The notes under the pieces: model-generated
Databases searched by the model: none
What the model was told of the DNA's origin: nothing
What the model saw: only the letters and a program-made list of their open reading frames with translations
Position numbers and translations under genes: made by a program
Assembly (NCBI GenBank): GCA_964016885.1
Contig: OZ024741.1
Span: 121,644,001 to 121,708,000, forward strand
DNA length: 64,000 nt
Direction: 5' to 3'
Origin: Eledone cirrhosa
Taxonomy: Eukaryota
Shown here: positions 52,388 to 64,000 of the stretch, one piece after another
Position numbering within the stretch: the stretch's first letter is position 1
How the letters are laid out: every line of letters begins with the position of its first letter

Positions 52388-53815
52388 CCAGCGAGCCCTG
52401 TCAGAAGCAATCGTCTCCAACTGATCTGGCTGGATCTTCGAGCGAGACTAGCCAAGCTCATGGATCAACCATCTTCCTCGGGGTCTGCTCCTGGGTCTTC
52501 TGTCGGTTGGTTTTGCCGGTAAAATCTGTCCAGTGATTCTTTCCTGAGACATTCTAACCACATTCTAATAGTATCGGAGTTGTGATCTCTCAATTGGGAG
52601 AAGTCACGGCTCTATTGAGTAAAGTTACTCCAAAGACCCTTAGGAAGAACCCCATTTCGATTGGTTGTATTCGCGATCGTATTCTGTCGGTCATTATCCA
52701 AGATTCATGACCATAAGCAATGGTTAGCACGAATACCGAATTGAAGATTCTGATTATTGAATGCTGAAGCTTACGCATTATTACACCAGAGGGCGATGGA
52801 TTGGCAGTATCGGTAGAGGGTCGGACGCCATGCTTTGACGCATAGAGTTACGGTCTTTGCCATTCTGAGTTCAAATCCCGCCGAGGTTAACTTTGCCTTT
52901 CATCTTTACGGGGTCGATAAAATAAAGTACCAGTAATGCACTGGATAATTGCTGGCCTTGTGCCAAAAAGTAGAAACAATTATTACACCAGTTACTTCAA
53001 TTCTTGCATTTAATTCAGCCCCTCACTTCCATCACTCATGAACACGGCCCCGAGATATTTGAACTTGTCTACCTTCTTTCATGGAACTCCATTCACATGT
53101 AGAGTGGACTGCGCAGAGCTCCTTGAAAGGACGAGTGTCTCAGTTTTCGCAGCACTGATTTTCATTCCAGCCATGCAGCACTCGGCGTCGGAGATCATCT
53201 TCTGTCGAGTTAAGTAACACCACATCGTCAGCAAATTCCAACCAACTGATTTTACACCCGCCAGTCATGATACCACTTCCAACCCGGCTGTGCATTCCTA
53301 TCCTGTATATAATTATTAGGAGAGGTGACAGCACGCACCCTTAGCGGAGTCCGACTCCCACATTGAATAGTTTCGATTTAGCACCATTTATCCGAACACA
53401 AATACTCGGCCATATGATAGAGACAGCAGGGCAACAAGAAGCTGACCATCGATCCCATACACCTGCACAGCTTTCACAGCAGGTCCAGAGGAACGCGGTC
53501 ATATGCATTTTTAAGGTCAACGAAACAAGAATATACTTCTTGGCAATGCTGCAACGATTTCGTGAATATCTACTGCAGTGTGAATATTTGGTCGGCGGTG
53601 CTGCGCCCAGGGCGAAAACGACATCGTTCATCAGCTAGCTTGGATTCGACAATCTCCCTGTATCTCTTTACCAGACACGTAGCATAGATTTTACCGAGTA
53701 GGTTTAACAAGGAGTTCCCTCTGTAATTGGAACAATCTCTCATGTCTCCTCTTTTGACAATTGGGATTATCACTCCTTGTGTCGGGTGGCCTGGATCTCT
53801 GGAAAGGCACTTAAG
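52388..53815 (-). pseudogene. RTE-clade LINE RT fragment, decayed
   Basis: IIPIVKRGD..CSNYRG.SLL, FRPGRSTADQIFTL, GVGLR, FADDVVLL, YGHESW. Confidence 0.88.
52790..52980 (+). mobile_element. Full-length SINE family 1 with 13-bp TSD, inserted in RTE
   Basis: ATTATTACACCAG at 52777-52789 and 52979-52991. Confidence 0.92.
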
Positions 53816-54243
53816 CAATATATATATATATCCAAGGAGAGTAATGCGGAGTTACTGTGGGTTCACCCGGGAGAGCACTCGATGTTTAGGTTCACGTCAG
53901 TATCGAGGTGTAGAAGTAGACAGAGTGTAATATAATAATTGTTTCTACTTTTGGCACAAGGCCAGCAATTACCCAGTATATTATTGGTACTTTATTTTAT
54001 CGACCCCATAAGGATGAAAGGCAAAGTTGACTTCGGCGGGATTTGAACTCAGAATGGAAAGGGCCGTAACTCTATGCGTCAAAGCATGATGTCTGACCAT
54101 CTACCGATACTGCCAATCCAATAATAATACAAGGACGAATGGTTACTCCTTCATTACATTTATTGGTTGGTGACGCGCGTTTCGCTACTGATCAGCTCAA
54201 GGTTCGATCTGTATCGATCTGGTCCGACTCTGGAATCAAAAGC

Positions 54244-54280
<37 letters not shown>

Positions 54281-56100
54281 TGTATGTATGTATGTATGTA
54301 TGTATGTATGCATGTATGTATGTATGTATGTATGTATGTATGTATGCATGTATATATATATATATATAGTTAAAGAAATGACAACACAACCATAGGAATG
54401 CAAAAACGCAAAGTCTTATTAGTATCGGCGCTTATGAGGAAGTAGAGGAGGGCTCGGTGCTGTGAACGTAATTCCTTCTTCAGGAAATGGAGAGTTCGGG
54501 GAGAGAGAGAGAATAGTTAGGAACATCAGAGTTTAGAAAATAGTTTTTAAGAATGTTGGGGGTGGTAGGTGAGTGGTCCGGCATTTGGGTGTGGGGCCCA
54601 AGGTGGAGAGTCCTGGTGTGTGCTATGTGTGTGCCGATGGGATGAATTTTGTTGGTATGCATTATTGGTTCTGTGTGTGTTGTGTACGCGTGCGTGTCTG
54701 AATGTGTATTTCCCCGTGGGTGTCTGCATTTTTTTTTGTATTTCTTGTGTGTACGTGAGTGCGTACGTTTGTGTGTATGTGTATTTTCATGTGTATTCGT
54801 TTGTGTTTTATGTGTGTATGTGTGTGTATCTTTATGTGTGGTGTTTTTGTGTGTATATGTGCATACGTGTATGTGTATGTTTTTGTATGAGTGAGTGTAT
54901 ATTTTTATGTTTGAGGGTGTGTAAGAGTCCCACGATGTGTGTGTTTGTGACTTTTTTGTATCTTTTGTGTGTGTGTATCGGAATACTTCAGTGTGCATGT
55001 ATGTGCACGTAAATGTGTGTATGTTTATGTATGTGTATGCGTGTGTGTATGTCTATGTGTGAGCGTGTATGTGTATGCGAACATTCAAGTGTATGTCCTA
55101 ATGATTTTCATAAAAGATCTGGTCTATGGCGATAGCCTGTGTGTGTATGTGCGTGTGTGTGTGTGTGTGTATTGGTAAATGTAATCGAGAGCGATAGTTT
55201 GTAGTAGTGTGTTAGTTGTTGGTGACGTGGTACGTTAGTTATTTAGTACCGTTAGAGCGGTTATATGTTTATCAAGGTCATATAGGAGTAACTGATAAAT
55301 TAGTTGTGTGAGTGTGTTAGTGAAGTAGTAGAGCGTGTATTGGTGTGAAGGGAGGGGGTGATGAGAAAGGCTAAAAGAAGAGGGGGGGGGGAATATTGAC
55401 CTTACCCGTTCCAGGTTTGGAGGGAAAAAATTATCCGTTGCTTAAATTTCAGGCGTGTGTCAAGGGCACGGAGCAGGCAACGATGCCGAAAACAGTGAGA
55501 TGATGGGTAGAGTGTCCGGCAGAGTGTAATTGTCGGGTGACCGGAACCGGAAACTAGTCGCTGAGCCGGATGTCCCGGAGATGCTCGGTGAACCGGTCCG
55601 CTAATCGATGATCAGTTTGATCAATTTAGATTGCCTCGCATAGCGGACAGGGAGCCCGTAGGCAAGGCTGGAGGAGATGCACTGGGTGTTGGTGATGAAG
55701 TTGAATGTGTGGTAGCGGGGTCGAGAGCAGGAGTTGGAGGGAGGAAGAGAGCTGTGGACGTTGAGGTTTTGGCGGTTGCTTGAACGATCGGAGGCGTGGA
55801 ATGGGAAGATGGTTGAGGTAGAAGAGGCCGACCGGAGGTGGCGGAAGAGTCAGAGGAATATCCTCTGGAGGGGCAAGGTGGCGGGGTGGTAGGTAAGAGG
55901 GAATGGGAGTCGGTTCGTGGGGGTACGAGGACGTGGAATAAGGACTTCACGTGTACAAAGGAGGGGGCTAACCTCACCAAATGACGAAAATGTAATTTTA
56001 AAAAATGTTGCTAATGAATATATGAATTATATCCCTTAGTGCTGGTCAATATTTAACAGAAACCATAACACAAGATATACATGAACTGTGTAGAGACACG

Positions 56101-56253
<153 letters not shown>

Positions 56254-56346
56254 GTTATTCCGGGTTGAATCGGAGGTAACCACAGTAAGTAAGGGATTCC
56301 TGATGATTTCTAATGAATGAAACAGTTCTAGTCCTGTAGAATCTCA

Positions 56347-56423
<77 letters not shown>

Positions 56424-56458
56424 CTCTACTAATACGGATATTACCTTCCAGTGTTCTA

Positions 56459-56542
<84 letters not shown>

Positions 56543-56623
56543 GGTAGAACACTGGAAGGTAATATCCGTAGTGGTAGAGGACGAGTTAGGTAGAAGTGGT
56601 TACACAACAGTTAGTTCACCATA

Positions 56624-56663
56624 CTGAGAACAATTGTTTCACCTTAGCGGATCCTCAGCTCGG
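56624..56663 (-). ncRNA. Type I hammerhead ribozyme (F1 left arm)
   Basis: CCGAG-CTGAGGA-TCCGCTAAGGT-GAAA-CAATTG-TT-CTCAG. Confidence 0.7.
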
Positions 56664-57087
56664 AATGGGTATGGTTATAGGATCAGGAAGGACAACCGTA
56701 CGAACGCGCATGCGCAGAAACCCAGTCACTTCACACAGGCAATACTAGAATGCGTGCGAAAGGTGTAAGGGAGATAATTGCGAAAGTCCGAAAAGTTTTT
56801 AGTTGAAAATAAAATTACAAAGAATCAGTCCGGAGCCTTGTAGTTATGCAATAGGTGTTTGGCGACGTGTGGACAACGTGTGGCGACGTGTGGACAACGT
56901 GTGAAAAATACAGGGCTCCGGACAGATTCTTTGTAATTTTATTTTCAACTAAAACCTTTTCGGACTTTCGCAGTTATCTCCCTTACACCTCTCGCACGCA
57001 TTCTAGTATTGCCTATGTGAAGTGACCGGGTTTCTGCGCATGCGCGTTCGTACGGTTGTCCTTCCTGTTCCTATAACCATGCCCATT

Positions 57088-57127
57088 CCTAGCTGAGGAT
57101 CCGCTAAGGTGAAACAATTGTTCTCGG
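57088..57127 (+). ncRNA. Type I hammerhead ribozyme (F1 right arm)
   Basis: CCTAG-CTGAGGA-TCCGCTAAGGT-GAAA-CAATTG-TT-CTCGG. Confidence 0.7.
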
Positions 57128-57297
57128 TATGGTGAACTAACTGTTGTGTAACCACTTCTATATATATATATATATAAATACCTTTACAAAGTTAACTGTC
57201 TCTAATACACACATTCACACCACACACACACACATTTATATATAATTATCTATATCTATATCTACATAATATAAACGACTTGAACTTCCATCATCCT

Positions 57298-58070
<773 letters not shown>

Positions 58071-58743
58071 ATTGGATTTGCAATCTGCGCTTACCAAACA
58101 AATTGTCCCCTAAAGTAGTGTTTGGGTCGCATGAGCTTGTCGAATAGATCAACCTTTCAAAAGACTGGGTTCTTGGGAATGTTCATTTAAATAAACCGTT
58201 TTTTGAAATGAAAGAATTTGAAGCCCACTGGTCTAAACGTTCCTGCTTTTAGTGTGTGTTCTGTTAATAATAAAATGAATATCCTGTAAAGTTTTACTGC
58301 ACAAGTAGTGTTAATCCATGGTTTAGTGAAAAAGAAGAAAGGAATCATTTACCACTTGCTGCTTATGCATATGATGGACAAAAGATAGACGGACTATATC
58401 AAAGTGTGGATAATTAAATCCTTAGTGGAAATTCAAAATCTGGTGCGCAACAGCGATAGATTTAGTAGACTGGTATACAACCAGTTATAATGGCGCCCGT
58501 ACGATTCCACCAGGAGCTGAGAGCCTACAATACGATCTATCCAGTTAATTTTACTGTAAACTTAAAATTAATCTACAGTGTATATTGGAATGAAATAAAA
58601 CAAAGCATAACTGAAACATGAGATGGATCTGTCTTTATCATTTATGACTAGTGGCTTCTTCTATGACGTTTTACACATAATTTGTTTCTATGACACATTG
58701 ATTTTACTATGGGATTCAGTTTAATTTTCGAAAGGTTCTCACC

Positions 58744-60117
58744 ATGGCAAGAGTTGGCCATAAATCCTTAACCGTAATAAAATCTCCTTCAGCCCATCAT
58801 ACGTTTCAAGGTATTTGTTCGGAATTAAGTGCGGGAAAGGTTTTACAATGCCAGTTGCGAGTGAAAATAGAAAAGCACCAGTTAAGACTTTCAAGCCGAC
58901 AGGTGAACGGTCGTGTTAAAGAAGAAATCATCCCACTATCGGATATTTGCCTCGAAATCTTTGACAGTAAAAAAAAAAGATTCTGTATTCATTATAAAAG
59001 TGGTCGCTTAAGAGTATTTCAATTGTGTGAAAATCATTCGTCGTGTCCAAATCGGACCTGGTACGATCTAGTAAATGCTATAACCAAAGGCTCACAAAGT
59101 CCAAAGGTATTCAAAGGCAATAAATGCATTCAATTTTCTACTCAAATTTCATGTCCTGAAACAGCACCAGCCGCGCTTTTTGAAAAATACCCTATTCACC
59201 AGAATATACTATTTGAATACTTCTTCGTTGAACTTAATAGCAATTGTTTTGGACTGAATCAATTGTACATTGTTCTGACCGACAAGTATCTTCTTATAGC
59301 AACACAAAATTTAAATTTTTTGACACTAAAAGAACAAATACCTTTACAAAATATCAAGATTTTCATAGTAAGCCATACTCACCGAAAAATTGGTATTTTC
59401 ATAAACAATGACACTTTTAGAATGTTTGAAATGTGTAATTTTAGTGAAAAAGACAAAAACCTAATGTACTGGAAAAAACTCGTTGATCTCATAACCCAAA
59501 GAGATCAACCCATAGACTGTGATATTACTGCTGTTTCTATTTCATCTATCTCATCTAGTATAGACATATGTAGTGAATCAAAACCAAATAATATCTGTTC
59601 CTGGGATACAGAGGACCAGCCAGATATTGAACTTTTGAGTGATATTCATAATCTATTTGAACTTCAAGAGGAGAATAGGCATTCTTCAATGTTTATCGAT
59701 AGGAATCTAACCACTTTTGGTGGTATTTTCTGGAACACAGAAATGGAAACTAATCGAAATAGTTTGCTACGTAGATGGGCATCCTGTCCAGAATTTCACA
59801 AATGTGTTCCAATCTCGAAGAGTTTGATTGAAATGGTTCCCAAAATTTCAAAATCATCATCTTACACATTTATAAGCTATGACGACGATCCAAATCAAAA
59901 TCTTTACATGCAATGTTCCTATGATGAATTTATAGAGGAGATCAACAATAATACTTTACTGGCACTAAGTAGAAAGATCATGTTAGTACAAGGTTATAGA
60001 AAAGATATTTTGATGGTAAATTCCTTCTCATATTCTTTTATTGAATCCAGGGGTCGGTGGTCTGTGAGCATACGGAAGTACCACCATATTTCCACGGTTA
60101 GTTTTTATATTTGTTAG
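58744..60117 (+). CDS. Intronless 457-aa protein with two tandem PH-like domains resembling the GARIN/FAM71 (DUF3699) Rab2-binding domain
   Basis: Only long non-TE ORF; strong Kozak context ACCATGG; internal repeat IPLSDICLEIFD..SGRLRVFQLC..W.DLV and IPLQNIKIFIV..FRMFEMC..YWKKLV, with LFEYFFVEL before repeat 2; matches my recalled FAM71 pattern LFESDFIQI..LPLKFVKISIHD..TGRSFYLQLC..YWEKLI. Confidence 0.7.
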   Translation: MARVGHKSLTVIKSPSAHHTFQGICSELSAGKVLQCQLRVKIEKHQLRLSSRQVNGRVKEEIIPLSDICLEIFDSKKKRFCIHYKSGRLRVFQLCENHSSCPNRTWYDLVNAITKGSQSPKVFKGNKCIQFSTQISCPETAPAALFEKYPIHQNILFEYFFVELNSNCFGLNQLYIVLTDKYLLIATQNLNFLTLKEQIPLQNIKIFIVSHTHRKIGIFINNDTFRMFEMCNFSEKDKNLMYWKKLVDLITQRDQPIDCDITAVSISSISSSIDICSESKPNNICSWDTEDQPDIELLSDIHNLFELQEENRHSSMFIDRNLTTFGGIFWNTEMETNRNSLLRRWASCPEFHKCVPISKSLIEMVPKISKSSSYTFISYDDDPNQNLYMQCSYDEFIEEINNNTLLALSRKIMLVQGYRKDILMVNSFSYSFIESRGRWSVSIRKYHHISTVSFYIC

Positions 60118-60578
60118 GTCTAGTGGAAGGGGCATTGCTCATAGCCTTCATAAGCTTTCTCATATCGGTGAGATTGATGTCGTTGATGTTTCATTTAAAC
60201 TATGGCAAGTTGAGGCCTGTAGGAAAGACACAAAAGACATGTAGGACAGTCTAAGAAACTACAATCTTTTGATACTACCTGGAGATGTTCTTTGCTCCAG
60301 GAAAACAAAGTTGTTTTTATTGATAATAGTAAAGCTTCTGACAATGAAACCCTCTGTCAATCACAACCTGAATCAGGTACTTAATGGGCCTTATGTGTTG
60401 GCAGGATCACTTTCAAACGTAATTTTATCACGTTAGGTGTAGCTTAAGGCTCAGCCATCTCTCGGCCCGAAAAACTTGCTTTCATACGTATGGTTTCATA
60501 ATGTTTCATAATGTTCCACCTTACACTGGAATACAATTCATACAATGTGGCTCCCGAAACACGCATGAACATACACGA

Positions 60579-60671
<93 letters not shown>

Positions 60672-61642
60672 CACACACACACAGACTCACATATATACAC
60701 ACACACACACAAACACATACGAGATCACATAAAAAAATGCCGTTTACAAGTAGATCACATGCCATCACAGACCAGAACTCTTTAACCCTACTATTACATA
60801 TCAATGTTCCTTTCTGCAACTTGCTTTCTTTTACTTAAATCTGAGTTCCCTAATCGAGCATCCCCCATCTAAGTCTACTATTTTCAATCACTTTTCTTTT
60901 CCTCTTCATCTATGCCAATACCTTCTTCTTTAACTATTAATCTAGTGATTTTCACATTTTCTTTCACCAAAAGAAACGATACCATTAAATATTCATTCCT
61001 ATTTATTATTTTTTAATCGGTAGACACAGCTTGGCCGGATGGTTAAGGTTCACTTTGCAATCATTAGGGCCCGGTTGGATTCCACTGCAAGGCGTCTTGA
61101 ACAAGTGTCCTTTAGGTCGACCCATGTTTTATAAGTGAAATTGTGTGGGCGAAAATTGTTTGGAAGTTCGTAGGATCGACTGTAGCTATAATTCAAAGGA
61201 TTAGTTTTGTCACACACTGTGTCCCGCTGAATCTTCTTGATAATGATGTTAAGGTTTTACTTGTTTGTAGAATTTTCAGGCACACACACGTCAATTTCAT
61301 GATAACGCTGTTCAATTGATTGAACAATTGGTTCACTCATCGTCGTGACCGATGGAGATTCATTTCATTCCATCCCAATTGTCTTTCTCAACCATTCACC
61401 TTCAAAACATTCAAACGGAAAGTTTACTGTTTAATCCTCAGGTGGCTAAAACTAAAGGAAGGAATGGACCTACGTCGGTTTCGACGATGGGCGTCCCGGT
61501 TGTACAAACAAAGGAACAATCTGCTCATGAAAATAACGTGTAAGTGCCTGAGCATTCAGCTAAGACGATTACTCCAGCGAAACATTGAAGTAAACACTCA
61601 CTATTATCAACAAATATGATTTTGATTCTATATACAACATTT

Positions 61643-61780
<138 letters not shown>

Positions 61781-62542
61781 CGTGCATACACAAATACAAA
61801 TATATATGTGTGTGTATATGTATGCATATTTATGCATGCATGTGTGTATGAATGTATGTATGTAGGTATGTATGTTTCGTCTTCTTAGTTTCGAGTTTAT
61901 TTTGTCTGGCCCTATTTCTCGCCGGCAAGGTTGTAAAGAAAATGAAATTTCCACCGTCTCTTGTAGAATCGTTCATGCTCCGAATGTTAAGAATATTTTA
62001 GGTAGCTTATGAATTAAGTAACTACGTTATAAAGATTAAAGTCAACTTCGAGCTCGGAGGCTCATCGGAATGGTGTTTGTTTCGGTGTCCTTAGCGTGAA
62101 GCGATTAAAAGTACAAGACTGCTCTCTGGAAATGATGCCAATCCATCACACGGGAAAACCCAACCCCTGCTTTTGCTGATACTCATTTTCACCTGAATAT
62201 ACTGAAGCAACAAAAAAGGAAGTATTTTGCTCAAGAACACAGCACACAACCCGATACAGGAATTGAACCCGGGACAATTATGATCGCAAGTCAATCACCC
62301 TTACAACTTTCTTTCTTTACAAATCTAAGTTTAGGCATACTTTGGTCTAGGCAGCTTGGTATATATCTTGTAGATCCAACAGCAATATGTATGAAATTTA
62401 AACTGTATTTAGGGTACTGGATCTGTTAACTCCTTATTAAGGGTCCGTAGATATATTCGTTCTCTTGTATTTTTCTGGGTCGGCTGCTGACGTTTCAAAC
62501 TGTGGACCCCATCAAATTTGAAGAGAGTGCTCGAACAATAGA

Positions 62543-62575
<33 letters not shown>

Positions 62576-62734
62576 CACACACACGTGTGTGTGTGTGCGT
62601 GTAAGTGAGTAGAGTAGCGTGTGTGTGTGTTTGTTGTATGTATGAGTGTTGCTGTGTGCGCGCATATGTATGCGTGTGTGTGTATGTCGTACGTATAGGT
62701 GTCAATAAGTGATTTTTTTTTTTTTTTTTTTTTT

Positions 62735-63041
62735 CTGCGCGGGGACATAGAAATAATCGGGCTGGATGCCCGATCGCGCAGTTAAACCACTGGGAGTGGA
62801 GAACCCCTAGCCCTTGTCAGGGTATTCTTCTAGGAGAAGGCATCTCAGGAAACTGGGTTAACTCCGATATAAAACCTGCGGCTCAATAGTTACCGATGAT
62901 GTTGATCTTTTCTTCTTTTCGGGTTATAGCTACTGTCGCTCAGAGAGTGGGATTGGTTCAGTGCACAGTCTTTCCTCACTTTAAAAATATTCGTCACGCA
63001 CAGGCATTGCACGAGTGCATTAATAATTATTAATAGTGTAC

Positions 63042-63077
<36 letters not shown>

Positions 63078-64000
63078 TATTATTACTTTTTTTTTTTTTT
63101 TTTTCCAATTCAATAATGTTCCAGAACAATGTAAACGAGATAATTGCCAATTTGGGTTCTGGAACAAAATTTGGGTTCTGGCAATAAGGGCAGGGGCCCC
63201 AAGTTATCACAACCTGGGCCCGCCCGTCATCGTGCCATTGTAATAGAGCCAAACAGGGCATTTAGTCTTGGCTGCTGGAACGTACGGACGCTGCTTGACA
63301 GGGATTCTTTGGAGCGTCCTGAACGAAGGACCGCTCTTGTTGCAAAGGAGCTTCGACGTTACGATCTTGACATCGTGGCTTTGTCTGAGACGAGGTTAGC
63401 TGGAGATGGTCATCTTACGGAATTTTGTGGAGAATATACATTCTTCTGGAAAGGAAGAGATGAAGGAACCAGAAGAGAGGCTGGGGTAGGATTTGCTGTT
63501 AAGACTGTACTGGTGAATAAATTAGAAGAATTCCCAGTGGGGATTAGTGAGCGTCTTATGTCCATGAGAGTTCCGCTGGACAAGGGAAGATATGCTACCC
63601 TGGTGAGTGTGTATGCCCCAACTATGAATTCTGTCGATGAAGAAAAACTGTCCTTTTACCATGCCTTGAAAGGTGTTCTAAGAAATATCCCTCAGGCAGA
63701 CAAAGTCATCGTGCTTGGTGACTTTAATGCTAGAGTGGGTAGGGATTTTAACACATGGAATGTAATCGGAAGGCATGGGGTGGGAAAGTGTAACAGCAAT
63801 GGTATGCTCTTGCTGCAGATGTGTGAGGAGCTGGATCTGTGTGTTACCAACACCATGTTCCAACAAAAGAACAAATTCAAGACCACATGGATGCATCCTG
63901 CATCTAAGGAATGGCATCTTTTGGACTACGTCCTAGTCAGGATGCGTGACAGACAGGATGTGCAGTGTGTTCGTGTTCTTCGTGGAGCTGAGTGCTGGAC
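62735..64000 (+). mobile_element. 5' part of an RTE-clade LINE: 5' UTR and APE endonuclease, open to the window end
   Basis: Frame open from 63144: GCWNVRTL..RPERRTALVAKELRRYDLDIVALSETR..VYAPT..LGDFNARVG..TTWMHP..LDYVL. Confidence 0.92.

Larger units (their letters stand above)
56542..57160. mobile_element. Fold-back element family F1 (long copy), 252-bp arms
   Basis: Arms at 56591-56842 and 56909-57160, tail at 56542-56590, loop with a 21-bp tandem duplication; inverted copy of the tail at 56421-56462. Confidence 0.9.

Noticed and set aside
55621-55980. 119-aa Pro/Ser/Thr-rich ORF as a host exon
   Set aside because: Low complexity, non-ATG start, and it lies in a probable decayed repeat (54380-55990) that I could not classify.

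Overview
AT-rich, microsatellite-saturated animal genomic DNA, most likely an octopod cephalopod judging from its SINE families (inferred, not verified). About 95% of the window is repeats or mobile DNA. It holds one candidate host gene: an intronless 457-aa ORF (58744-60117) with two tandem PH-like domains resembling the GARIN/FAM71 Rab2-binding domain. Mobile content: one full-length, coding-intact Tx1-clade LINE (43651-49686, minus) with (AAT)n on both sides; a second, 3'-truncated Tx1 copy; a decayed Naiad-type Penelope-like element (RT + GIY-YIG); many R4/Dong and RTE fragments, including bipartite non-autonomous RTEs with (TATG)n tails; a Tigger/pogo relic; a Helitron relic; and about 25 tRNA-derived SINEs. 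Most interesting signals: (1) at least 8 type-I hammerhead ribozyme motifs with intact or near-intact cores, plus decayed ones, from several unrelated short elements next to (TA)n; (2) a recurring '(TA)n - arm - spacer - inverted arm - tail - (TA)n' fold-back architecture in at least five unrelated families; (3) in both Tx1 families the ORF1 stop codon lies inside a consensus 5' splice site, with in-frame acceptors at the start of ORF2, suggesting a spliced ORF1-ORF2 fusion; (4) a nested inverted duplication with an abrupt identity step. All identities and coordinates were read by eye; no database searches were run.
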